Positions 26,862-34,957 of a DNA stretch of 64,000 nt are shown in pieces; position 1 is the first letter of the stretch; each line of letters opens with the position of its first letter. The notes below the pieces were generated by a model that searched no databases, had not been told where the DNA came from, and worked only from the letters and a program-made list of their open reading frames with translations. Both the position numbers and the translations under genes were made by a program. The DNA lies in the NCBI GenBank assembly GCA_964540895.1, contig CAZIOP010000001.1, forward strand, positions 187,596 through 251,595, given 5' to 3'. The DNA comes from an uncultured Gammaproteobacteria bacterium. GTDB lineage: Bacteria; Patescibacteriota; Patescibacteriia; Patescibacteriales; Patescibacteriaceae.

Positions 26862-26963
26862 TTAAAAAACTATCATAAATTTAAACAAAGAAAGGGATAT
26901 ACTATTTTTGAGTAAAGCCCAAAAATTAAAAAATTATCATAAATTTAAAAAGAAAAAAAGGAG
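26862..26963 (+). repeat. tandem direct repeat of an A-rich UTR module (TTAAAAAAyTATCATAAATTTAAA..)
   Basis: ttaaaaaactatcataaatttaaacaaagaaaggg at 26862-26895 and ttaaaaaattatcataaatttaaaaagaaaaaaaggag at 26926-26963, 64 nt apart. Confidence 0.7.
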
Positions 26964-26969
26964 TTCAAA

Positions 26970-28679
26970 ATGTTGAAATTAAAGAAAATCTTTTTGTTAA
27001 CACTACTTTTTTGTTCAATCGGGACAACGTTTGAACAAATCAATAATGAATATACAAAATTTGTGAAACCGGGAATGTTTCTTGGTAAAGCATTTCAAAA
27101 CATAGAGAACGATTCAGTAAGTGATATACCACAAGTTCCATGCTCATTCTTTGATATTCGGATCATGTTCAATTCCGCAATGGAAAAGGGAGAGAAACCA
27201 GAATCTATGAGAACAGACTTATCGAATGTGGTTCCTAACGATCTTCTCGTGCCTGAATTATTCGGGGCTGTTTGGCCACAACAAGAAAAATGGTGGAGCA
27301 TGATGAGATTTGACACGATGTCCATCCAAGTGAATAAAGGAGCGTTTATGAACGCTGGTGGTGTTGATTTTGTACAAGTTGACTTTAGGAAGGGGAGTGC
27401 TTATGCACCAACGGCAAGAATCAAGGTTTGGGGATTTGTTACAAAAACTGGAAAAATTCATGGATTACATGGAGAATTTCCTTTGAAAGTACCATTCGTT
27501 GTAGATGGAGATTGGTACTTCGCAGTTCATAATCCGCGGATTCTATCTGTTATGAGTGCCACTAGGGTTCATCCAACATTACTTGGATTAACTAGTTACG
27601 ATTTTACGACAGGAGCTGATAAATTTTTCAAAGGAGGTGGTGTAGAAATTCATGAAGGTTTCTGGGGTGCCATCGGAGGAGAAGGAAAGAGCCACAAAGG
27701 GTATGGAAATAATGTACTCGATCTTTTTGATTGGCTTGTGTGCCACAATCTCATAGTTAATGGTCCATTACTTAATGTTTATTCTTCGTCTGACGCAGAT
27801 TTTGACGGAGATGTAGATATTGATGATGAACAATTAATATGGAATTCGGCTATTGCTGAATCAACTGTCCCATGGATAGATGAATTCTGGCAAAATACGC
27901 CTAACATTCAATATCATGATTTTGACTTTACGTTACCGACTTATCAGTTAACTGCAGGTAACTTTGTCTCAGTTAGCGATTCAATTTTTAGCTTTGATGT
28001 ACATTTGCTAAGCACTAGTACTGAAACTTTCAACTATGCTGCTGGACAGTATATTCTAGATATTGACAGTAACTTAAATGTTACCAGTATCGAAATGTCT
28101 GACCCGATGATGCAGGAATTGACATCATTCAGGCAGGTTGGTAATCAGATACAGTTGATTATGGTGACACGTCCGGGAGGTACGTACCAAGTGTCGGGAC
28201 AGTCGCCCGGCAGTAAGGTAGCAAGATTCAAAGTAGTATATAGTAACTCAGGACATGATACCCCAACCCCGGTACGTTGGGTGAACATTCCTTCTAATAT
28301 TCCGACGTTGATGTATGCAGATATTGGTGGGCAAGCAATACCAATAACAACTCCGGAAACGCATTTATATGATGGGGGATTGACGAATGTTGGATCTGTA
28401 AATGTGACTTTACCTTTGGGATTTTCTTTATCCCAAAACTTCCCAAATCCATTTAATCCCTCGACGACAATAACATATGCATTACCGGTTAATAGTAATG
28501 TATCGTTATCGGTGTATGATATTAATGGCAGGGAAGTAATGAATTTACTTAATGCACAAAAACCGGCCGGTAATCACTCTATCGTCTTTGACGGTAGTAC
28601 ATTATCAAGCGGCGTTTATTTTTACAAACTTCAAACAAGTAGATATATTGAGACAAAGAAAATGATGTTAATAAAATAA
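26970..28679 (+). CDS. secreted protein with a T9SS type-A C-terminal sorting domain (paralog 2)
   Basis: Signal peptide MLKLKKIFLLTLLFCSIGTTFEQ. SD aaaggag. Last 85 aa (nt 28422-28676): FSLSQNFPNPFNPSTTITYALPVNSNVSLSVYDINGREVMNLLNAQKPAGNHSIVFDGSTLSSGVYFYKLQTSRYIETKKMMLIK. Confidence 0.85.
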   Translation: MLKLKKIFLLTLLFCSIGTTFEQINNEYTKFVKPGMFLGKAFQNIENDSVSDIPQVPCSFFDIRIMFNSAMEKGEKPESMRTDLSNVVPNDLLVPELFGAVWPQQEKWWSMMRFDTMSIQVNKGAFMNAGGVDFVQVDFRKGSAYAPTARIKVWGFVTKTGKIHGLHGEFPLKVPFVVDGDWYFAVHNPRILSVMSATRVHPTLLGLTSYDFTTGADKFFKGGGVEIHEGFWGAIGGEGKSHKGYGNNVLDLFDWLVCHNLIVNGPLLNVYSSSDADFDGDVDIDDEQLIWNSAIAESTVPWIDEFWQNTPNIQYHDFDFTLPTYQLTAGNFVSVSDSIFSFDVHLLSTSTETFNYAAGQYILDIDSNLNVTSIEMSDPMMQELTSFRQVGNQIQLIMVTRPGGTYQVSGQSPGSKVARFKVVYSNSGHDTPTPVRWVNIPSNIPTLMYADIGGQAIPITTPETHLYDGGLTNVGSVNVTLPLGFSLSQNFPNPFNPSTTITYALPVNSNVSLSVYDINGREVMNLLNAQKPAGNHSIVFDGSTLSSGVYFYKLQTSRYIETKKMMLIK

Positions 28680-28881
28680 TCAAAATCAAACTATTTAGAA
28701 TTAAGCTCACAGAGCTTACGTAATTCGTTATTCGTTCTTTCTTTTTTAGCGTAACAGCATTTAATATTTATTTTTTTGCGGCCTAAGTTCAAGGGCTTAG
28801 GATTAAGAAAATTACGTTTAATATATTGTTGCTCTTTTCCTTGAATGGAAGTATATTAAGATTCGAAATTTTAACTAAATA

Positions 28882-28933
28882 GAAGTCTGAGACTTCCCTG
28901 GGAAACGATTTCCCGATACGCACTTTATTGTGC
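28882..28933 (+). ncRNA. three back-to-back perfect short hairpins (candidate structured RNA element)
   Basis: gaagtc-tga-gacttc (28882-28896), gggaaa-cga-tttccc (28900-28914), gcac-tttatt-gtgc (28920-28933). Confidence 0.2.
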
Positions 28934-28962
28934 ATCAAACTTGGTTAAACTAAAATAGTTGA

Positions 28963-28991
28963 TTGACATTTTATTTTATTAAATACATATT
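28963..28991 (+). promoter_or_regulatory. promoter-like TTGACA-17-CATATT
   Basis: TTGACA at 28963-28968 and CATATT at 28986-28991. Confidence 0.35.
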
Positions 28992-28997
28992 GAATCG

Positions 28998-29072
28998 ACA
29001 CAATTAATCATCAACACCAGATGTTTAATTTAGATTCGAAAGCCCTAGCATATACGTATGTTGGGGCTTTTT
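28998..29072 (+). ncRNA. candidate ~75-nt sRNA (promoter to terminator)
   Basis: Ends in agccc...ggggct plus T5 (29041-29072). Only a 54-codon ORF that reads through two terminators. Confidence 0.2.
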
Positions 29073-29100
29073 ATATTATAGTTTTATATATATTCTATAG

Positions 29101-29136
29101 GTTAAATAAAAACCGGTTGATTAATTACAACCGGTT
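29101..29136 (-). terminator. intrinsic terminator for the minus-strand beta-barrel-like gene
   Basis: aaccggtt-N10-aaccggtt (self-complementary arms), followed on the minus strand by ttttatttaac. Confidence 0.55.
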
Positions 29137-29162
29137 TAATGTTAAAAATATACTTTATAGTG

Positions 29163-30041
29163 TCATAGACAACGTCCAAAATTAATTACCTCAAGTTTCA
29201 GGTAAAGATTATTCACTGGTCTAATATTTTTTGAGAAAACAGCTTCTTGCGTATAGCCCAGTTGGATAACTTTTGCGTATTTATTTTCTACTATAAAGAA
29301 AAACCCTATCTGGTTTAGATCTAGTTGATGTTGAGAAGCGTATTTGTAGCCACAATAGATATTTCCGCCTACTCTCCAACTGTTATTTATATTAATGCTA
29401 TGTATTCCTAGTTCAAGCCAGATTTGAAGGTTTTTTCTGTTACTGGGAGAAATTTTTATTTCTGTACTGTTGATTGAAGCCTGTGCAATTGACTCCAAGG
29501 GATATTCATATCGTATACCAAGTAATAACCGGTTAAAGATATTACTATTTCTAATTAACTCTGATGTTGATTCCATGTATACAAGCCAGTCATTTTGTAT
29601 TTGGCTAAATTTAAGATAACCAAATAAGTCTGGCAGAATAAGCTCAGAACTTTGACTAATGTGAATAACACCAAAATTCATTCGTGTGTCAATTAGAAAG
29701 TTACCTGTAGATGCAAGGAGTCCTATTGTTGGTCCACAGCCTGCTACTATACCTTTGTTAGAGTTTCCGATTAGGATTTTATCGTTTATGAATGATCCAG
29801 ATTTTAAAGCAAAGCCTTCTATACCCAAGAAAATTTTCTTTAATTCAGGTTTTTGGTGTATTGATACTAGTGTACTTAAATAATTACCCTGAAAAAATTT
29901 ATTTCCGAAACCGCTAATTGAAATTGTGGTTTCAACTACATTATTTCGAAAATAGAAAGTACTGTCTGGCGCTTGTCCGTTACTCATAGTTGAATGAGAT
30001 AACAATATAGCTACCGCTATTATTTTGATGGCTCTAAACAT
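29163..30041 (-). CDS. secreted beta-barrel-like protein (OMP-like, tentative), strong SD
   Basis: TAAGGAGGaaacaATG. Signal peptide MFRAIKIIAVAILLSHSTMSNGQ. Many alternating-hydrophobic strands (TTISISGFG, IFLGIEGFALK, LLLGIRYEY, LQIWLELGIHSI, VIQLGYTQEAVF). Confidence 0.65.
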   Translation of the reverse strand: MFRAIKIIAVAILLSHSTMSNGQAPDSTFYFRNNVVETTISISGFGNKFFQGNYLSTLVSIHQKPELKKIFLGIEGFALKSGSFINDKILIGNSNKGIVAGCGPTIGLLASTGNFLIDTRMNFGVIHISQSSELILPDLFGYLKFSQIQNDWLVYMESTSELIRNSNIFNRLLLGIRYEYPLESIAQASINSTEIKISPSNRKNLQIWLELGIHSININNSWRVGGNIYCGYKYASQHQLDLNQIGFFFIVENKYAKVIQLGYTQEAVFSKNIRPVNNLYLKLEVINFGRCL

Positions 30042-30146
30042 TGTTTCCTCCTTATGTTTAGTTATGAAATATTGTTAAATATGTTTTTAAAAAGCTAGAT
30101 ACGACTTTAAATTTTGTAGGTAAAACTCTATCCCAAAGATTACCTA

Positions 30147-30192
30147 TTGTCAAATTGATTGTTTTGACAAGCCGTATTTGCAGGAGTAGGAT
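30147..30192 (+). promoter_or_regulatory. promoter TTGACA-17-TAGGAT, overlapped by the inverted repeat TTGTCAAA-N8-TTTGACAA; ATG lies 8 nt after the -10
   Basis: IR arms at 30147-30154 and 30163-30170. TTGACA at 30164-30169, TAGGAT at 30187-30192, ATG at 30201. Confidence 0.45.
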
Positions 30193-30200
30193 TTATATAT

Positions 30201-31688
30201 ATGTGGAAACTTAATTTTGACAACAAAAATAAGCAATATGTGTATCTATTAGCCATAGGTGCATTATTGCTCGGAATACTCTTTGATTACTTATTTTTTG
30301 AGAAATTTTTTGGTATTTCCTTCTTTATTTTTGAGTCAATTCTACTAATATTGACATACTGGTTTAGTGATCGTTCGTATCATATATTTCGACCTGCTTT
30401 ATGGTTATTTGTAATTGCTTTATTTTTTGCAGCTATGGTAGCAGTTCGAGCTAATCCCTTTCTAACGTTTTTAAATGTTGTAGCCAGTATGGGGTTATTA
30501 TTGTTAGCAACACAGGAACTACGTAAAAAACCTATTATTAACTTCCAAATACCTGATTATATTAGAGCTATACTAGTAACACCTTTGTTGATTTTGCGAC
30601 GATCATTACAGGCACTGACTTTTTTAAGTAGATCACCTGAGAAATCTTCATCGGCGGTATTTAAGAGAGTTATTGTTGGAGTGATAATGGCTCTGCCGTT
30701 TCTTATTATTTTTGGTGCACTATTTACTTCAGCAGATTTAGCTTTTAAACAACTCGTTGATTCTATTTTTAGATTCCAGATTCCAGATGAATTTTTCGGG
30801 CATGTGGTGTTAATTGTAGGAGTATTTGTTGTTTGTTTAGGTATATTTGCCTATCTATTTAATGTACCGCCTGAAAAAGAGTTTTTTGAAACTCCAGAAA
30901 ATTCTAAATTAGAGAAAGATACGGTAGATAGAAATATAGAAATCAGAGTGTTTCTGTGGCTAATAGCTGGCCTTTTTGCCGTCTTTCTTATTTTCCAAAT
31001 CGCTTATTTATTTGGGGGAGTTATTAATATTTCACAAAGCACTTTTACCTATGCTGAATATGCCAGAAAAGGATTTTGGGAGTTGTTAACTGTAGCTTTC
31101 TTCACCTTACTTATTCTGTTAATCATGGATAGATATACCAGGTTCAAAGGGCCTCGTGTTGGTTGGTTTACAGTGCCTAGCTTGGTATTGATAGGTGAGA
31201 TCTTTATCATTATTATTTCAGCTTTTAAGCGACTAATGTTGTATCAAGCAGCCTATGGATTAACCACCCTTAGACTATATGTGGCGGGGTTTATTATTTT
31301 CCTTGGTGTTATTTTTATATTATTGGCCGTAAAGCTCTGGCGTGAACAAGAAGATCGTTTCTTTGTTTTTGGTACACTACTTTCTATGATAGCCTTTGTT
31401 GTGGTTTTTAATATATTAAACCCTGATGTCTTTATTGCTCAACAAAATATTAATCATTTTAGCAAAACAGGCAAAATTGATGCTCAGTATCTGGGAAGTA
31501 TGTCAGCTGATGCTGTGCCTATTATTCTCAGTGTCTATGATCGCTTCAATGATGAAGACAAAACTACTATTGATCAGCTTATCGTCACTAAGAAAAAGGA
31601 GATTGAAGAACGACAATCTCAGTGGCAGTCATATAATCTGTCACAACATAGGGCACTTATTGAGATATATAAGAGACCTTCAAATTAG
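30201..31688 (+). CDS. large polytopic membrane protein (DUF4153/DUF4173-like, tentative)
   Basis: 495 aa with about 12 hydrophobic segments and a soluble C-terminal tail. Confidence 0.7.
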   Translation: MWKLNFDNKNKQYVYLLAIGALLLGILFDYLFFEKFFGISFFIFESILLILTYWFSDRSYHIFRPALWLFVIALFFAAMVAVRANPFLTFLNVVASMGLLLLATQELRKKPIINFQIPDYIRAILVTPLLILRRSLQALTFLSRSPEKSSSAVFKRVIVGVIMALPFLIIFGALFTSADLAFKQLVDSIFRFQIPDEFFGHVVLIVGVFVVCLGIFAYLFNVPPEKEFFETPENSKLEKDTVDRNIEIRVFLWLIAGLFAVFLIFQIAYLFGGVINISQSTFTYAEYARKGFWELLTVAFFTLLILLIMDRYTRFKGPRVGWFTVPSLVLIGEIFIIIISAFKRLMLYQAAYGLTTLRLYVAGFIIFLGVIFILLAVKLWREQEDRFFVFGTLLSMIAFVVVFNILNPDVFIAQQNINHFSKTGKIDAQYLGSMSADAVPIILSVYDRFNDEDKTTIDQLIVTKKKEIEERQSQWQSYNLSQHRALIEIYKRPSN

Positions 31689-31698
31689 TAGAATATAT

Positions 31699-31731
31699 AA
31701 AAAGAACTTCATTAATCTGAAGTTCTTTTTT
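31699..31731. terminator. bidirectional intrinsic terminator
   Basis: aaaa-agaacttc-attaatct-gaagttct-ttttt. Confidence 0.75.
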
Positions 31732-31739
31732 AATAATTA

Positions 31740-32096
31740 CTAGGATCGTTTAAATTTATGGATTAGATAATGAATGGTTAAGGCAAGGATAGTCCAGTAG
31801 AAAATAAAGCCTATAAGAAAAAAGGGAGGCGGTGTGTCTGGCTCTTGTCTTAAAAATTCAATAAAAGGCAATAAAGGTCCTATTAAAACAATCTTAATAG
31901 GTAATAGGATTGTTGCTGCGGCATTTTTCCAGGCTATAGGTGAACCTGTGTTAAGGAAAGACTCATTATGCGAAGGAAAGAGTCTGGGACCTGATGACCC
32001 TAACAGCGTGTTAGAGATAAAAAGAAACATAAACCCAGCAATGAGGAAAAAGATAACGAATTTTGTTCTTGAAGTATTCATAGCTTCTAAGAACAA
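31740..32096 (-). CDS. small membrane protein (118 aa), unknown function
   Basis: ORF with 3 hydrophobic segments. Confidence 0.5.
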   Translation of the reverse strand: MFLEAMNTSRTKFVIFFLIAGFMFLFISNTLLGSSGPRLFPSHNESFLNTGSPIAWKNAAATILLPIKIVLIGPLLPFIEFLRQEPDTPPPFFLIGFIFYWTILALTIHYLIHKFKRS

Positions 32097-32212
32097 AATA
32101 GCACTGAATGTGTTATTTTGTAAATATAGTTGCTTTGTGAAGGGGATTAGAACCAGGTGTGTGGAAAGTTAGACTATAATTCAATAAAAATGTTTGTGGT
32201 TAACAGAATATT

Positions 32213-32641
32213 TTATTTGTTTGGGTAGAATTCAATTATCCACTCAATACCATATTTATCTCTAAACATACCAGCATATGATCCCCAAGGGCCCTCACCC
32301 ATTGGGCCTTCTATTTTTCCCCCGACGGAGAGGCCATTAAATAATTTGTCTGCCTCTTCTTTACTTTCCGCGCTTACTGAGATTTTACTTCTGTTTTCGT
32401 TCTCATTTACTCGTCCCATAATTTCTGGCACATCATTGGCTATAAGCATATTGCTCTGTCCAATAGGTAGAGCAATATACATTATTTTATTTGCCTCATT
32501 TTCTGATACAGGAAATTCAGGTCCCGCTAGGTCTTTAAAACGCACGACTTTGGTAAACTCTCCTCCGAATACTGATTTATAAAAAGTAAATGCTTCTTCA
32601 GCATTACCATTGAAGTTAATCCAAGGATTTATTGCTGTCAT
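32213..32641 (-). CDS. VOC-superfamily protein (PhnB/YjdN-like)
   Basis: INPWINFNGNAEEAFTFYKSVFGGEF N-terminus and C-terminal DKYGIEW, typical of this subfamily. Confidence 0.8.
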   Translation of the reverse strand: MTAINPWINFNGNAEEAFTFYKSVFGGEFTKVVRFKDLAGPEFPVSENEANKIMYIALPIGQSNMLIANDVPEIMGRVNENENRSKISVSAESKEEADKLFNGLSVGGKIEGPMGEGPWGSYAGMFRDKYGIEWIIEFYPNK

Positions 32642-32726
32642 ATATTGTCTTATACCTTTAAATTATTATAACTATATTATACATTTTAAATATAAAACCA
32701 CCAACTTACGTTAGTGGTTTTATATT

Positions 32727-32800
32727 TGGCTCGAGGACAGGGATTCGAACCCCGATAGCCAGGACCAAAACCTGGAGTCCTACCATTAGACGATCCTCGA
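32727..32800 (-). tRNA. tRNA-Gln (anticodon UUG), CCA encoded
   Basis: Hand-folded cloverleaf: acceptor TCGAGGA/TCCTCGA, anticodon arm CCAGG-TTTTGGT-CCTGG, T arm CGGGG-TTCGAAT-CCCTG, then G-CCA. Confidence 0.88.
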
Positions 32801-32889
32801 ATATTTCTAAAACAAAGTTATCATATAGACTTTTCGTAGTCTTGTCAAAGTCTGCTATAATAAGAGAATTAAATCATAGAATAATAATT

Positions 32890-33975
32890 ATGAATGTATT
32901 ACGTACGGGCTTGGCTTGGTTAGTGATTGTGGTTGCGACTCTTTCAGTTGGTTTTGGTGTGACACAGAATATAGAACCTGTAGTATCTGCTGATAATCTT
33001 CGTCTTGATGAACAAGAAGCCACTATCAGAGCAATTAAAGGCACGATTCCAGGAGTAGTTAGTATAAACATTTTTGAACCTTCAGATAATCCTGCTGATT
33101 CCAAGAAAATTAAAAAAGGTAGTGGTAGTGGTTTTTTAATTTCATCTGATGGATTAATCATCACTAACAAACATGTGGTGTCAGCTGGCAGTGTAAACAG
33201 TCAGTACAAAGTAACGTTGTATTCTGGCAAACAATATTACGCTCAGTTAATTGGCAAAGACCCTCTTAATGATTTAGCTGTTCTAAAAATTTATGACAAG
33301 AACTTACCATTTTTGGAAATGGGGGATAGTAATAGATTAACCATGGGGATGACAGTTATTGCAATTGGTAATGCCTTGGGGAGGTATGATCATTCAGCCA
33401 CTAAGGGAATTATTTCAGGTCTAGCTCGTAATCTCACAATCGTTGGTGTTAATGAGACTGAAGATTTAAAAAATGTCATTCAAACCGATGCTGAAATCAA
33501 TTTAGGTAATTCAGGTGGTCCGTTAATTAACTTAGAGGGTAAAGTAATCGGAGTAAACGTCGCTAAAGATGGAGGGGGACAGAGTATTGGTTTTTCAATA
33601 CCAATTAATGAAGCTAAGCCAATTATTCAAAGCTCACGTGCTAGTGAACGAGTTATTCGAGCTTATGTTGGCTTACGGTTTACTATGATTACGCCTGATA
33701 TAGCTGAAGAGAAAAAGTTAGTCCGTACTACCGGCGCTTTGATTCTTCCTGGACGTGAAGATGGTGAGGTAGCAATTATTCCAGGCGGTCCGGCTGACAA
33801 AGCAGGATTGCAAGAAGGTGATATTATTTTTGAAGTAGATGGGCGGGCTTTAGATGAACGACTACCATTATCGTCAATTATTAATCAACATACGGCTGGG
33901 AAAAAACTTGGTTTAAAAGTACAACGAGGCAAAGATGTTTTTACAAAAATAATAACACTTGAAGAATATCGTTAA
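32890..33975 (+). CDS. htrA: HtrA/DegP-family serine protease with a PDZ domain
   Basis: N-terminal TM, catalytic ITNKHV (His), DLAVLK (Asp) and GNSGGPL (Ser), C-terminal PDZ (GGPADKAGLQEGDIIFEVDG). ATG at 32890 preferred. Confidence 0.9.
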   Translation: MNVLRTGLAWLVIVVATLSVGFGVTQNIEPVVSADNLRLDEQEATIRAIKGTIPGVVSINIFEPSDNPADSKKIKKGSGSGFLISSDGLIITNKHVVSAGSVNSQYKVTLYSGKQYYAQLIGKDPLNDLAVLKIYDKNLPFLEMGDSNRLTMGMTVIAIGNALGRYDHSATKGIISGLARNLTIVGVNETEDLKNVIQTDAEINLGNSGGPLINLEGKVIGVNVAKDGGGQSIGFSIPINEAKPIIQSSRASERVIRAYVGLRFTMITPDIAEEKKLVRTTGALILPGREDGEVAIIPGGPADKAGLQEGDIIFEVDGRALDERLPLSSIINQHTAGKKLGLKVQRGKDVFTKIITLEEYR

Positions 33976-33976
33976 T

Positions 33977-34948
33977 ATGAAATATACTCCGACAGTCATT
34001 ACCATAGGTGGAGCTACCGAAGATATCTTTTTTACGGTGGATGATTATGTTTTAATGAATAATCCAAAAGATTTATTGCACAAAAAGTTATTAGCTTTTG
34101 AATATGGTGCCAAAATTGGCATACCTGAAATAACCTCAGCATCTGGTGGTGGGGCAGCTAATGCCGCTGTGGCTTTTTCTCGTCTTGGTTTTCGCAGCAC
34201 ATTACTAGCAGCTTTAGGTGATGATATACACAACCGAACTATTGTTCATAATTTGTTAAAGAATCGGGTAAAGACTAGTTTATTAGAAGTAGTACCTCAT
34301 ATTGCTTCAGGTCTTTCATTAATACTAGTTAAACCAGGTAATGATCATGTAGTTTTTACCTATCGTGGTGCCAATGATTATTTGAAGATTACTAGACGAC
34401 ATGAACGAGCTATCCGAAAAGCTGATTGGGTATATCTTACGTCGTTATCAAAAGACTGGAAACTAGTGTTAAAAGCAATTTTTTCAGTGTCTAAACGGTT
34501 AGCCTGGAATCCAGGTCGACAACAAATTGCGGCTGGGCTCAAAACTTTGGCTCCATTCTTGAAACAAACTGAAGTGTTGATTTGTAACAAAGATGAAGCC
34601 CTGGAGTTAGTAAGTTCAGCTACTTCCAAAACTCCTGCCGCTACGCTTAATAATAGTAAATATTTAGTTCGTTCATTACAGAAGTATGTTGCTGGTATGG
34701 TGATTGTGACTGATGGAGAAAAAGGTGCGTTACTATATGATGGAAAAAAGCTCTATCAGCAAAAAGTTGTCAAAGCTAAACATGTAGTTGATACCACTGG
34801 TGTGGGTGATGCCTTCGGCGCTAGCTTCATTGCCGGTATGACACTCTATAATAATGATTATGCCAAAGCCTTAGAATTAGCTGCTAAAAATGCTTCAGCT
34901 GTAGTGTCAAAGATGGGAGCGCAAACTGGTTTGTTAAGTCACCGTTAA
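33977..34948 (+). CDS. PfkB-family carbohydrate kinase (ribokinase-like)
   Basis: GGAANAAVAFSRLG and the C-terminal DTTGVGDAFGASF motif. ATG at 33977 directly follows the htrA stop. Confidence 0.85.
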   Translation: MKYTPTVITIGGATEDIFFTVDDYVLMNNPKDLLHKKLLAFEYGAKIGIPEITSASGGGAANAAVAFSRLGFRSTLLAALGDDIHNRTIVHNLLKNRVKTSLLEVVPHIASGLSLILVKPGNDHVVFTYRGANDYLKITRRHERAIRKADWVYLTSLSKDWKLVLKAIFSVSKRLAWNPGRQQIAAGLKTLAPFLKQTEVLICNKDEALELVSSATSKTPAATLNNSKYLVRSLQKYVAGMVIVTDGEKGALLYDGKKLYQQKVVKAKHVVDTTGVGDAFGASFIAGMTLYNNDYAKALELAAKNASAVVSKMGAQTGLLSHR

Positions 34949-34957
34949 AGATTTTGT

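Noticed and set aside
26903-26910. A Bacteroidota-type -7 promoter element TAnnTTTG (tatttttg) in the UTR of T9SS gene 2.
   Set aside because: It is a single perfect instance. The paralog has only tattttg, there is no TTTG -33 partner at the right distance, and an 8-mer like this is expected by chance in AT-rich DNA.
29021-29185. A 54-codon plus-strand ORF (MFNLDSKALAYTYVGAF...).
   Set aside because: It reads straight through two terminator hairpins and into the 3' end of the convergent gene. It has no SD and a low-complexity composition.
24300-30200. Calling the T9SS/barrel region a classical genomic island or integrative element.
   Set aside because: I saw no integrase, no flanking direct repeats and no tRNA at either edge. 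The boundaries coincide with ordinary terminators and promoters, so I describe it only as a foreign-looking cassette.
20711-32172. Short ORFs 20711-20917, 21019-21243, 21760-21948, 21964-22182, 22235-22672, 29686-29883, 31426-31743 and 31834-32172.
   Set aside because: Each overlaps a longer, better-supported gene on the same or opposite strand, or spans a terminator. None has a recognisable motif or start context.
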